Source: Planctomycetota bacterium
GTDB taxonomy: Bacteria > Planctomycetota > UBA1135 > UBA2386
Assembly (NCBI GenBank): GCA_965223545.1
Contig: OZ245006.1
Location: 3,680,001 to 3,744,000, forward strand
Direction of reading: 5' to 3'
Length of the DNA: 64,000 nt
A model generated the notes under the pieces. It had not been told where the DNA came from. It did not search any database and saw only the letters and a list, made by a program, of their open reading frames with translations. A program made the translations under genes and the position numbers. Below are positions 30,987 to 40,211 of the stretch, in pieces (positions within the stretch are counted from its first letter, which is position 1; the number at the start of each line of letters is the position of its first letter).

Positions 30987-31947
30987 AGAGACGGACGACG
31001 GCGGGGTTGGAGATCAGCACTGGTCCACCCGACGGATCGAGCGCGATCGCCTGGGCGATACCGAGGCCGTCCGCCGTGGTGGGGAGCGGCAGGCGGAGCG
31101 CGGCGGTGCCGCTGCCGTCGACGGAGAAGCCCAGGGCAGCGAGCAGTGGTAGGCCGACACGCAGGGTGCCGATCGAAGTGTTCAGGGGGCCGGGGCTGGC
31201 GGACAGCAGCACGTAGCCCGTCGAAGCCGGCGGCGCGTCGACGTCGAGGGAGAGGCTGGTTCCGGCGCGTTCGCCGACGCGAAGCGCGGCGTAGCGGCCA
31301 ACTCCGTGGGGGCAGGAGGATGGAGTGTAGGCGAGGTCGTCGATGACGAGCCAAGTGGCGGAGGTGTCGACGACGATGCGCGAAATGCAGCTGCCGCTCA
31401 CCGTCAGTGGCTGCATCGCCGTGCCGAGCGTGACCGAAGCGGTATCGACGACCTGTCCGCCCACCGCATAGGCGACGGCAGTGACCGGCTGTCCGATGCC
31501 GGATCCGGTGCCGACCAAGAACTGCACCGAATCCACCGCGGGTCGAAACCAGATCTCCTCGGGGGGCCTGGGGATCGCACCCGACGCGTAGCGCGCGGTG
31601 ACGTTGAACGCGAGGAAGTTGGGCGAGCTGTGGCCAGTGACGCCGAAGTTCCCCGCCTCGTCCAAGGCAGCCCCACCGTCGGTCAGGGTCGGACCCAAGA
31701 AGGTCACGCCCAGACTCTGGTAGAAGTTCTGCAACGGCAGCGCCGAGGCGAACACCGGCGGCTGCACGTGGTCGTCGAAGTCGATGAACCCGGCTCCGCG
31801 CAACTGTGTGGTGTAGTGCGCGGGTCGCCATTCACTGTTCGGCGTGGCGGCCGCGCCGTTCGCCACTCCACCGGCGATCGCGGGCTGCTGGGCACCGAGG
31901 CAAGGAGCGACGGAAAGGACGAGGGCCATCGTGCTGAGTCGTTGCAT
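30985..31947 (-). CDS. Secreted protein, tandem paralog 1 (320 aa) with C-terminal beta-domain
   Basis: AGGAG RBS, signal MQRLSTMALVLSVAPCLGAQ, FIDFDD...LGVTF...IDDL beta-sandwich pattern. Confidence 0.85.
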   Translation of the reverse strand: MQRLSTMALVLSVAPCLGAQQPAIAGGVANGAAATPNSEWRPAHYTTQLRGAGFIDFDDHVQPPVFASALPLQNFYQSLGVTFLGPTLTDGGAALDEAGNFGVTGHSSPNFLAFNVTARYASGAIPRPPEEIWFRPAVDSVQFLVGTGSGIGQPVTAVAYAVGGQVVDTASVTLGTAMQPLTVSGSCISRIVVDTSATWLVIDDLAYTPSSCPHGVGRYAALRVGERAGTSLSLDVDAPPASTGYVLLSASPGPLNTSIGTLRVGLPLLAALGFSVDGSGTAALRLPLPTTADGLGIAQAIALDPSGGPVLISNPAVVRL

Positions 31948-32012
31948 CAGTTCTCCTAGGGGTTGAGCGAGCGGCGGTGATGCGCACACACCGCGGACGA
32001 AGCGAGAAAATC

Positions 32013-32036
32013 GAGTCAGACTCCGTACTTCCGTTA
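32013..32036. repeat. REP-like palindrome, variant copy 2
   Basis: GAGTC-A-GACTC-CGTAC-N5-TTA; same spacing to the stop codon as copies 1 and 3. Confidence 0.55.
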
Positions 32037-32996
32037 GAGCCGGACGACGGCAGGGTTTGAGATCAGCACTGGTCCACCCGACGGATCGAGCGCGATCGCC
32101 TGGGCGATACCGAGGCCGTCCGCCGTGGTGGGGAGCGGCAGGCGGAGCGCGGCGGTGCCGCTGCCGTCGACCGAGAAGCCCAGGGCAGCGAGCAGGGGTA
32201 GGCCGACACGCAGGGTGCCGATCGAAGTGTTCAGGGGGCCGGGGCTGGCGGACAGCAGCACGTAGCCCGTCGAAGCCGGCGGCGCGTCGACGTCGAGGGA
32301 GAGGCTGGTTCCGGCGCGTTCGCCGACGCGAAGCGCGGCGTAGCGGCCGACTCCGTGGGGGCAGGAGGATGGAGTGTAGGCGAGGTCGTCGATGACGAGC
32401 CAAGTGGCGGAGGTGTCGACGACGATGCGCGAAATGCAGCTGCCGCTGACCGTCAGTGGCTGCATCGCCGTGCCGAGCGTGACCGAAGCGGTATCGACGA
32501 CCTGTCCGCCCACCGCATAGGCGACGGCAGTGACCGGCTGTCCGATGCCGGATCCGGTGCCGACCAAGAACTGCACCGAATCCACCGCGGGTCGAAACCA
32601 GATCTCCTCGGGGGGCCGGGGGATCGCCCCGGACGAGAGATTGGCGGTGATGTTGAAGGCGAAGAAGTTGGGCGGGCTGTAGCCCGACACACCGAAGCCC
32701 CCCGCTTCGTTGAGCACCGCGCCACCTTCAGCCAAGGTGGGCCCCAAGAAGGTCACGCCGAGGTTCTGATAGAAGTTCTGCAGCGGTCGGGTCAGGAGAA
32801 ACAACGACGGCTGCGAGTGATCGTCGAAATCGATGAACCCAGTTCCACGCGCCTGCGACGCGTGATGCGTGGGTCGCCACTCACTGTTCGGCGCGGCGGC
32901 CGCGCCGTTCGCCACTCCACCGGCGACCGCTGGCTGCTGCGCCCCGAGGCAAGGAGTGAGGGAAAGGACGAGCGCCATCGTGCTGAGTCGTTGCAT
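32034..32996 (-). CDS. Secreted protein, tandem paralog 2 (320 aa)
   Basis: Same length as paralog 1 at an offset of 1049 nt; protein identical from GAIPRPPEE to the end. Confidence 0.85.
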   Translation of the reverse strand: MQRLSTMALVLSLTPCLGAQQPAVAGGVANGAAAAPNSEWRPTHHASQARGTGFIDFDDHSQPSLFLLTRPLQNFYQNLGVTFLGPTLAEGGAVLNEAGGFGVSGYSPPNFFAFNITANLSSGAIPRPPEEIWFRPAVDSVQFLVGTGSGIGQPVTAVAYAVGGQVVDTASVTLGTAMQPLTVSGSCISRIVVDTSATWLVIDDLAYTPSSCPHGVGRYAALRVGERAGTSLSLDVDAPPASTGYVLLSASPGPLNTSIGTLRVGLPLLAALGFSVDGSGTAALRLPLPTTADGLGIAQAIALDPSGGPVLISNPAVVRL

Positions 32997-33094
32997 CAGT
33001 TCTCCTGGAGGTTGCGCTGAAGCAGCCGCGATGCGAACACACCGCCGCCGCTGGGGTCGAGTCGATTGTGGCACAAGCGGGCGAGCGCTGCTCT

Positions 33095-33619
33095 TCACCG
33101 ACCGACGACGCCGTGGCCCGAGGCGCTCAGCGCGTATGCGTTGAACGGCGGACCGAATGCGGAAAACTCCGCCGACAGCACCTGCTGGTAGAACGACACG
33201 CCGAGCATCGAAGCACTGCTCGGCACGCGGAACACGATGCGCACGGGCGTCTGGTAGTAGCCCAACGGCACCGGGAGGCGGACCTCCATCGAAGTGCGCA
33301 GCAGACCACACATCGGCACCTGAGCGCTCCCCAGCGTGCCGATATCGAAGGGCAGCGGCACTCCGCCCACGCTCGTGTTGGACGAACCCGTGAACAGCAC
33401 CACGTTGCGGCGGTTGCCCCACGGGTAGGTCGTGCTCGATTCGGTCTCGACCGTAAACGTGGCGCCGAGCTGCGGCGTGCCCAGCACGTTGAACGGGACC
33501 GGGCCGATCGGGGATATCCTCCCGGTCGTGCACGAGCTGCCGACGATGGTGTAGCTGGCGGTCTGCGCGGGCAGCGCGACCGAGAACAGGAGAGCGCAAC
33601 CGGCCAGGAGGGTGCGCAT
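33095..33619 (-). CDS. Small secreted protein made mostly of the recurrent C-terminal beta-domain
   Basis: Signal MRTLLAGCALLFSVALPAQ; GTPQLGATF..., LPFDIGTLG...C, VPSSASMLGVSFYQQ. Confidence 0.75.
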   Translation of the reverse strand: MRTLLAGCALLFSVALPAQTASYTIVGSSCTTGRISPIGPVPFNVLGTPQLGATFTVETESSTTYPWGNRRNVVLFTGSSNTSVGGVPLPFDIGTLGSAQVPMCGLLRTSMEVRLPVPLGYYQTPVRIVFRVPSSASMLGVSFYQQVLSAEFSAFGPPFNAYALSASGHGVVGR

Positions 33620-33797
33620 GGCAGACGGATTCGGGTAGGTCATGGCGAGCGGAAGCCGCGAGGGAGGCGCGGGAGTGAGGCGTGGGGTTTCGGGGCGCAC
33701 GAGGACAGCAAGCCCGGTACCAAGACGCCTGAGCGGCCCGTGATGGCGACAGTGTCCCTCGCGTTTCGCGCGCGGAACAACAGGGCGGCCCGAACGC

Positions 33798-34295
33798 TCA
33801 GCCGTCCGCGCGCGTGTACCGATACGTGAACATCTTGTGCTCGTCGGCCCCGGGCGGCGTGACGAACATCTCGAACCGGTGCTCCCCGTCCGCCAGCCAC
33901 TCGATCGTCGATCGGAACGGACAAACCCCGCCGTAGAGCGCCATGAATCCCTCGCCGCGCATGTCGAGGACCTTGGTGTCGGCGCTGTAGGCGCCGCGGT
34001 AGGAGAACATCACGGTACTCATGCAATCGATCCACGTCCCCACCCACTGCTTCGCGTGGGTGTCGTAGCCGAGAGTGGCGCGGCCGACGAAGGGCGTGCC
34101 CGTGAACTCGCTCTCGAACTTGCTGACCGTCCAGAACTGCCCGACCGCTTCGATGGTCTCGACCGCGGTGGCCTCCATCGGCGGCTGCGACGGGTCCATG
34201 TAGTACGTGCACTGCACGTTCCACTTGCCGACCTGCTCCAGCAGCAGACGGTGCTCGTCGGTCGGCGTGGGAAGGGTGAATTCTTGCTCGCTCAT
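33798..34295 (-). CDS. DUF1579 family protein
   Basis: P.PTDEH.LL...VGKW, F.G..TLGYD....WVGTWID.MST. Confidence 0.8.
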   Translation of the reverse strand: MSEQEFTLPTPTDEHRLLLEQVGKWNVQCTYYMDPSQPPMEATAVETIEAVGQFWTVSKFESEFTGTPFVGRATLGYDTHAKQWVGTWIDCMSTVMFSYRGAYSADTKVLDMRGEGFMALYGGVCPFRSTIEWLADGEHRFEMFVTPPGADEHKMFTYRYTRADG

Positions 34296-34434
34296 CGGTT
34301 TGCTCCACCGTCGACCATAGCGCGGGGGCGGTGCAACGGGGCAGCGGCAACTCAGGCGAGTCTCCCCGAAGAATGCGCGACGAATCCGCGACCGCATTCC
34401 GCTCCGGATTCCCGATCCCCCTCGGAGAAACCGC

Positions 34435-35355
34435 ATGAACCCGACGCTCGCTTCCGCCAGCCCCTGGCTGGCGATCGGTGCCCTGGTCGCGACGACCGGG
34501 CTGGCCACCTGCACTCTGGACCTGCACCGTCAGCTGCGCGCGCAGTCGAGCCAGCTGACGGTCATGCATCGAGACGATGCCGCGGCAGGCGACGGCGCCG
34601 CGACGCTCGCGGTCACCGATCTGCGCCGCTCGACCGACGCCCTCGCGGAACGCCTGGCAGAGGTGGAGGACGCGCTCGCGCGCTACGCGGCACGCCCCGC
34701 CCCGTCCCCGCCGACGGCCGTGGCACCGTCCGACCCGGCGGCGGACCCGGTTGTGGCAGCACCCGGCGCCGCGGACACCGAGGCCAAACAACGGCTCTTG
34801 TCCCAGCTCGCCGTGGTCACCGCGCCCGACTTCGATTGGCAGGCCGGGGCGGGCGCGCTGCAGGAGTTCTTCGCTCTGGCCCGCGGTTCGACCGTGCTCG
34901 ACGATCACCTGCGGGCCCTCGAGGACACCGTCGAGACGTCGCCCGAGGACAACGACGCGCGCATGGAGCTCGCCACCGCCTACTTGGGCAAGCTCTTCAC
35001 CGTGCAGGGGCCCGAGCAGGGACTGTGGGGCAGTCGCGCCGAACAGCAGTGGAACGCCGTGCGTGCGCAGGCGCCGGAACACTGGGAGTCGCGGTTTCGG
35101 CTCGGCACGAACTACGCGTTCTATCCCGATGCGATGGGCAAGACCGGCGACGCCATCGCCCTGCTCACCGAGGCCCGCGAGATCCAGGAGCGGGCTCCGG
35201 CGGCGCGGCCCGAGCACGCCCAGACCTACGCCACGCTCGCACGTCTGCACCAACGCGAAGGACACCACGAGCAGGCCCGCCAGACGCTGCGCGAAGGCCT
35301 GCGCTTTTTTCCGGATGACGACACCCTGCGCGCGGCGCTCGACCGACTGCGGTGA
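34435..35355 (+). CDS. Membrane-anchored TPR protein
   Basis: N-terminal TM, coiled coil, TPR-like helices ending GLRFFPDD; GGAG RBS. Confidence 0.75.
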   Translation: MNPTLASASPWLAIGALVATTGLATCTLDLHRQLRAQSSQLTVMHRDDAAAGDGAATLAVTDLRRSTDALAERLAEVEDALARYAARPAPSPPTAVAPSDPAADPVVAAPGAADTEAKQRLLSQLAVVTAPDFDWQAGAGALQEFFALARGSTVLDDHLRALEDTVETSPEDNDARMELATAYLGKLFTVQGPEQGLWGSRAEQQWNAVRAQAPEHWESRFRLGTNYAFYPDAMGKTGDAIALLTEAREIQERAPAARPEHAQTYATLARLHQREGHHEQARQTLREGLRFFPDDDTLRAALDRLR

Positions 35356-35417
35356 GTTCGCCCAGGAGATCGGAGGCAGCGGTGCGCGGGAGCAGCCCAT
35401 AGAGTGGGAATTCCTCG

Positions 35418-36668
35418 ATGACGAGACACCGCCTGCACTCTGCCGTCGCCCGCGCGGGCGCGATCGCGTTCACGGGTAGCACGGCTGTGCTGGCCGCGGT
35501 CTCGCCGCAGGAAGCGAGAGAATCGAGCCGGACACCGTACTTTCGCGGGGCGCTGGAGGCGCTGGCCGAGTTTCCTTCGCCCGAGCGCTTTCGGGTGTCG
35601 AGCAAAGTCGCGCAGGGGTTCGTCGATGGCGACTCGCTGTGGCGTGTCGTCTACGATCCCGTCCGCCAGCGCCCCGCCGCGTTCGGCATCGACGGCGTCA
35701 AGCGGTTGCTCGAGCCGGTGTTGGCGGCGGTGGACCGGCGGACGATCCGGCTGACGCGACGCCGGGTCGCCGACACCGCGGCGGCATACGCCGAGCTCGA
35801 CGTCGACGGAGAGTCGCCGATCCGACTGGTGACCCGGCATTTCGATCTGCAGCTCGACCCGAGTGGGGCCACGCCGCCTCGCTGGCTGCACCCCGGCGCG
35901 ATGCAACGGTGGTCGTTCGCCGACGCACTCGGGCTTCCGCTGCTGCGGGGCAGGCCGCGCGCGCTGTTCGAAGGGACCCGCTGGCAAACGCTGGACACGC
36001 CAGCGGAGCCGGGGATGGCCGCCCGCGCAACGGCCGACGGCGCGGTGTTCTTTCTCGGCTGGCGCGCCCCGTCCCCGCGGGCACATCGCGCGAGCCAAGT
36101 GTTGCCGAGCTTGTACGGCCGATGCGACGCCACGGGTGGAGTGCTCTCGTACATCGGAGTGGACCCGGCCGGCGATCGCTTCGAGGCCGTACGGATCGCT
36201 TTCGTCGGTGGTGAGTACCGAGTCCATTGGGTGACGATCGAGGTCGAGCGGCAGCCGGTGCGCCCCCACCACCTGCGGCCACGGGTCACGCTGCCCGTTT
36301 GGGTCACGCTCACCGGCGACCATGGCGCCACGATCCGCGCCGCCGTCGACGACCCGTCCCGATTGCCGCCCCACGTCCGTCCGTGGCTGGTCGTCGGCGA
36401 GGGTCGCGACTGGACCGAGGCCCCGAGCCCCGACCGCGCGCGCCAGCTGCTCGAGCTGGCGCAACGCCGCGATCCGGGCGCGTTCGCGCAGCTGGCGCTG
36501 TCCGCCTACGACGAGGATCGGGCAGTGGCACGCATGGCACTCAACGGCCTGGGCCTGTTGGGTGGCGAAGCGGCGCTCGCGGTCTTGCGCGCTTTCTCGA
36601 GGGGGGTCGATCCGGAGCTGGCGGCCACCGCCAGAGCGGCGAGCCGGAGTCGGCCTCCCGGCCGGTAG
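35418..36668 (+). CDS. Hypothetical exported protein with C-terminal HEAT-like helices
   Basis: 416-aa ORF with signal-like N-terminus, co-oriented with its neighbours; AVARMALNGLGLLGG. Confidence 0.55.
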   Translation: MTRHRLHSAVARAGAIAFTGSTAVLAAVSPQEARESSRTPYFRGALEALAEFPSPERFRVSSKVAQGFVDGDSLWRVVYDPVRQRPAAFGIDGVKRLLEPVLAAVDRRTIRLTRRRVADTAAAYAELDVDGESPIRLVTRHFDLQLDPSGATPPRWLHPGAMQRWSFADALGLPLLRGRPRALFEGTRWQTLDTPAEPGMAARATADGAVFFLGWRAPSPRAHRASQVLPSLYGRCDATGGVLSYIGVDPAGDRFEAVRIAFVGGEYRVHWVTIEVERQPVRPHHLRPRVTLPVWVTLTGDHGATIRAAVDDPSRLPPHVRPWLVVGEGRDWTEAPSPDRARQLLELAQRRDPGAFAQLALSAYDEDRAVARMALNGLGLLGGEAALAVLRAFSRGVDPELAATARAASRSRPPGR

Positions 36669-36720
36669 CACCGTGTCGAGGCGAGTTGGACCGGCCCCGC
36701 CGAACGGCCTTGCGCCAAAA

Positions 36721-36746
36721 TTCGAATCCGGTTCTAATTCTAAAAT
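36721..36746 (+). promoter_or_regulatory. Probable TetR operator and -10 box
   Basis: Imperfect palindrome TTCGAATCCGGTTCTAA (36721-36737) followed by TAAAAT. Confidence 0.5.
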
Positions 36747-37434
36747 GCGCAGCGACACCACCTGCCCGAGCACCCCCTGGCGCCGCGCGACCTCCCAGCC
36801 ACGCTCCACGGATACGGCGCAACGGATTTTGGACGAGGCCTTGCGGCGCTTCGCGGCCGGCACCCTCGAGACGTCGCCGGTCGCTGAGATCGCGCGCGCG
36901 GCCGGGGTCTCGGTCGGCGGCTTCTACGGCCGCTACCGGACCAAATCCGACCTCCAGCGCGCGGTGGTGCAGACGCTGATGGATGAACACCTGGCCCCAT
37001 TTCGCGAGTTGCTCGATCCGGAGGCACTGCGCGGCACTGGCGCGGGCGAGCGCGTCCGCCGCTACGCCCGCGCGCTGGTGAACACCTTCGGGGGAGAGCG
37101 CGACGTGCTCCGGCGCCTGGTACTGCTGGTGCGCAGCGACCCGAGCCTGCCGTACTCGGCACCGATCCGCGCTCTCAACCGGGACGTCCAGGAACGCTGG
37201 ACGAGGGCGCTGTTGGACTGCCGAGACGAGATCGGCCATCCCGATCCGGAAGCCGCCCTGCAGCTGGTCGAGCTCACCATCAGCGCCGCCGCGCGCGAGG
37301 CGCTGCTGCACGCCGGCACCGGGGTCGCTTTGACCGACGAGCAGCGGGCCACCTTGGTCGACGAGCTTTGCGATCTCGCCTGCCGCTATCTCAGAATCCC
37401 AGCCCCCGACACACGAGAGCCAACTTGCCGATGA
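36745..37434 (+). CDS. TetR/AcrR-family regulator
   Basis: RILDEA...F...VAEIARAAGVSVGGFY.RY.TK.DL. Confidence 0.9.
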   Translation: MRSDTTCPSTPWRRATSQPRSTDTAQRILDEALRRFAAGTLETSPVAEIARAAGVSVGGFYGRYRTKSDLQRAVVQTLMDEHLAPFRELLDPEALRGTGAGERVRRYARALVNTFGGERDVLRRLVLLVRSDPSLPYSAPIRALNRDVQERWTRALLDCRDEIGHPDPEAALQLVELTISAAAREALLHAGTGVALTDEQRATLVDELCDLACRYLRIPAPDTREPTCR

Positions 37435-38936
37435 ACACACTCCTCCATCCCGCGCGGCTCGCACTCGCCGCGCTCGCGGCCGCGGCCCCGGCGCCAGGCC
37501 AGTCCCCCACACCCGATCCGCTGCTCGGATCCTGGCAGGGCACGCTCTCGGTGGCCAACACCGAGCTCGAAGTCGCCATGCACATCACGGTGGAAGGCGA
37601 TGGCTACGCGGCGACGTTCGATTCGATCACGCAGGGAGCCGAGGGGATCCCGGTGACCACGCTGACCGTTGACGGGACCCACCTGGTCGCCGAGCTCCGC
37701 TCGATCGGTGGGCGCTACGAAGCGGAACTCGAACAAGACGGCGACGACCGGCAACTGGTCGGGCAGTGGAGCCAGGGCGGCGCGACGTTCGACCTGGACC
37801 TGGTGGCCGTCGCCGAAGTGGTCAAGCCGGTGCGCAACCGCCCGCAGACACCGCAGCCGCCGTTTCCGTACCGCGTCGAGGAGGTCGTCTTCAGCCACCG
37901 ACCCGCAGAGAGCCTCGACGACGGCTTCGCGCCACGGGCCTCCGACGCCGAAGACGCCATCAACCTGGCCGGCACTCTGACTCTGCCCGAGGGCGAAGGA
38001 CCGTTTCCCGCCGCGGTCATGATCACCGGCTCCGGCCGCCAGGACCGGGACGAGACGGTGTTCGAGCACAAGCCGTTTTGGGTGATCGCCGATCACCTCA
38101 CGCGCGAAGGCCTCGCAGTGCTGCGCTGTGACGACCGCGGTGCCGGCCAATCCACCGGCGACTTCGCCGCCGCGAACAGCGCCGACTTCGCTACTGACGC
38201 GCGCGCCGCAGTGCGCTGGCTGCGGACGCGCACCGACATCGATCCGCAACGCATCGGGTTGATCGGCCACAGCGAAGGTGGCGTGATCGCCCCGATGGTC
38301 GCCGCCGGCGACGACAAGGACTGGATTCACTTCAGCGTGTTGCTGGCGCCGCCGGCAGTCAACATTGCCGATGTCATCCGCCATCAGTCCGCGCTGATCG
38401 CGAAGGCAGAGGGGGCGGACAGCGCCGACGTCGAGGCCAACGACCGTTTGCTCGCCGCAGTGTTCGGTGCGCTCACCGACCCCGATGCGGCGGAGGCCCG
38501 CGACGCGGTGATCGATCGCGCGATCAACGAGGCGTGGGACACGCTCAGCGAGGCTGCCAAAGCCGAGGTCGGCGGCAACCGCGGACAGCTCCAACAACAG
38601 ATCGCGCGAATGGATCGGCCGTGGATGCGCTATCTGCTGCAGTACGACCCGCTGCCGGCGCTGCGCGAGATGCGCGGGCACGTGCTGGCGGTTCTCGGCG
38701 GCAAGGACTTGCAGGTCGACCCGGAGCAGAATCTCGAACCCTTGCGGAGCGCGCTCTTGACCCGCGACGCCGGCGACCACGACACGACGATCCGCGTGCT
38801 CGACAACCACAACCACTTGCTCCAGCGCTGCGAGACGGGCTCGCCCACGGAGTACATCGACATCGAAGAGACCGTCTCTCCCGAGGCGCTAGCTCTGCTG
38901 GCCGATTGGCTGCGCCGACACGTGTTGCAGCCCTGA
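37431..38936 (+). CDS. Secreted alpha/beta hydrolase (serine aminopeptidase-like)
   Basis: ITGSGRQDRDE, DDRG.G.STG, GHSEG, GGKDLQV, NHLLQ; ATGA overlap with tetR. Confidence 0.9.
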   Translation: MNTLLHPARLALAALAAAAPAPGQSPTPDPLLGSWQGTLSVANTELEVAMHITVEGDGYAATFDSITQGAEGIPVTTLTVDGTHLVAELRSIGGRYEAELEQDGDDRQLVGQWSQGGATFDLDLVAVAEVVKPVRNRPQTPQPPFPYRVEEVVFSHRPAESLDDGFAPRASDAEDAINLAGTLTLPEGEGPFPAAVMITGSGRQDRDETVFEHKPFWVIADHLTREGLAVLRCDDRGAGQSTGDFAAANSADFATDARAAVRWLRTRTDIDPQRIGLIGHSEGGVIAPMVAAGDDKDWIHFSVLLAPPAVNIADVIRHQSALIAKAEGADSADVEANDRLLAAVFGALTDPDAAEARDAVIDRAINEAWDTLSEAAKAEVGGNRGQLQQQIARMDRPWMRYLLQYDPLPALREMRGHVLAVLGGKDLQVDPEQNLEPLRSALLTRDAGDHDTTIRVLDNHNHLLQRCETGSPTEYIDIEETVSPEALALLADWLRRHVLQP

Positions 38937-38961
38937 TCGAAGCCCGTCTCGGGGCCCGGAA

Positions 38962-39156
38962 GCGCGGCCGAGGCCGCAACCAAACTCGGATGCCGCTTTT
39001 CCCGGAGCGCTTTGGAAGGTCCGACCCATCCGCCGCCGCGCTGAGCCAGGAGGCACTGTCTCTCCGAGCCTCCGACGCGGCGGCGACGTTGCCATGTCAG
39101 CGGCGTCGCCTCGAAAATGTTGTCGAAGCTCGAAGATTCGAGGCGCCGGAGGCTCA
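38962..39156 (+). mobile_element. ~200-bp structured non-coding element, copy B
   Basis: 195 nt, closely similar to 42495-42690; its last TCA is the stop codon of the minus-strand gene. Confidence 0.9.
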
Positions 39157-39972
39157 CCGGCCCCCGCGCGGGGTCGCACGCCGCGGCGCGGTCGCACGAT
39201 CCAGTGCATCACTGCGGATGTCGTCGTCGGTGCCGTCGTCACCGTCGGGGCCGAAAGAGCGGACCACCGCCTTGGCCGGAACGTTCGGGTCCTCGCCAAT
39301 GACGTACTCGTTGCCCCACGGGTCGCGCAGTGGTTCGGTCGCATCGAAGTAGCAGTGCCCGCGCTCATCCGGCGTGATCAGCCACTGCCAGAGCGGGATC
39401 TCACGCCGGTTGTTGAGCTGGAACAAGCGCACCGCGTTGAGCACGTCGCGGATCTCGCGGCGCGCCCGTCCGACCTCCGCGCTCATGGGTGGAGCTGGCC
39501 TTGCACTACCGTCATCGGCGACGGGGGTGACCGGGAGCTCGAGCGCGTGGTCGCCGAACGCGACGCGCAGCAGACCGTGTCCCGCATCGGCCCCCGAGGT
39601 CAACGTGCACTCCAGCCATGGCGCGTGCTCGGGCGATGCCTCGAACTCGAGGTCCCAGGACTCGTCGTTGCCCACGTCGCGGCAGAGCAGCAGCCACGTT
39701 TCGCCGCGGCGAAGCATGAGGAGGCGGTAGCCCCCCGCCTCCAGAGTCCGACCCGCCACGCGGACCGAGCCGCGGACATCCAGCGCGGCGAGCCGAGTTG
39801 CGGCCGCACTGGCGGTCCACGGCCGCGCAAGGTAGTCCAGATTCAACGCGGAGCCGCCCGCGAAGCGGATCGACTGACGGAGGAGCGGCGCGGCGTCCAG
39901 CTGTTGGGCCAAGCCTTGCTGGCTGGTGAGTTGCCAGAGCAGGACGGCAACTACGAGATGAATGCGATTCAT
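39154..39972 (-). CDS. Secreted protein: DUF2911-like N-terminus plus GspG-type (T2SS pseudopilin C-terminal) domain
   Basis: AGGAG RBS, signal peptide, LDY..RP...VAGRTLEAGGY.L; DPWGNEY...VRSFGPDGDDGTDDDI. Confidence 0.7.
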   Translation of the reverse strand: MNRIHLVVAVLLWQLTSQQGLAQQLDAAPLLRQSIRFAGGSALNLDYLARPWTASAAATRLAALDVRGSVRVAGRTLEAGGYRLLMLRRGETWLLLCRDVGNDESWDLEFEASPEHAPWLECTLTSGADAGHGLLRVAFGDHALELPVTPVADDGSARPAPPMSAEVGRARREIRDVLNAVRLFQLNNRREIPLWQWLITPDERGHCYFDATEPLRDPWGNEYVIGEDPNVPAKAVVRSFGPDGDDGTDDDIRSDALDRATAPRRATPRGGR

Positions 39973-40211
39973 GATGGACTCCTGCCGGTGCCGAGACCGA
40001 ACACCGACGCCGACTCTACCGGCGCACCGCGGGTGTCTTCAGCCGCTTTCGATGTGGTGATCGACCGAGTGGTGGTCTGCTCGAAGGGCTCCGATTTGCG
40101 GATTCTTGACGAATCGGGAGCGTCCTTCCCGCTGTTGGATCCATAGGTCTCCGGTCGGGTGACTGCGTGAGGCCGACCGTGTTCCAACCGCAATCCGACT
40201 CAAGAGGCAAC

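Noticed and set aside
30985..32996. Diversity-generating retroelement (TR/VR pair)
   Set aside because: Differences are not adenine-specific, both copies are full genes, and no reverse transcriptase is present
38962..39156. The ~200-bp element as an integron attC site, classical MITE or hammerhead ribozyme
   Set aside because: No RYYYAAC/GTTRRRY ends or integrase, no terminal inverted repeats, and no CUGANGA...GAAA core seen
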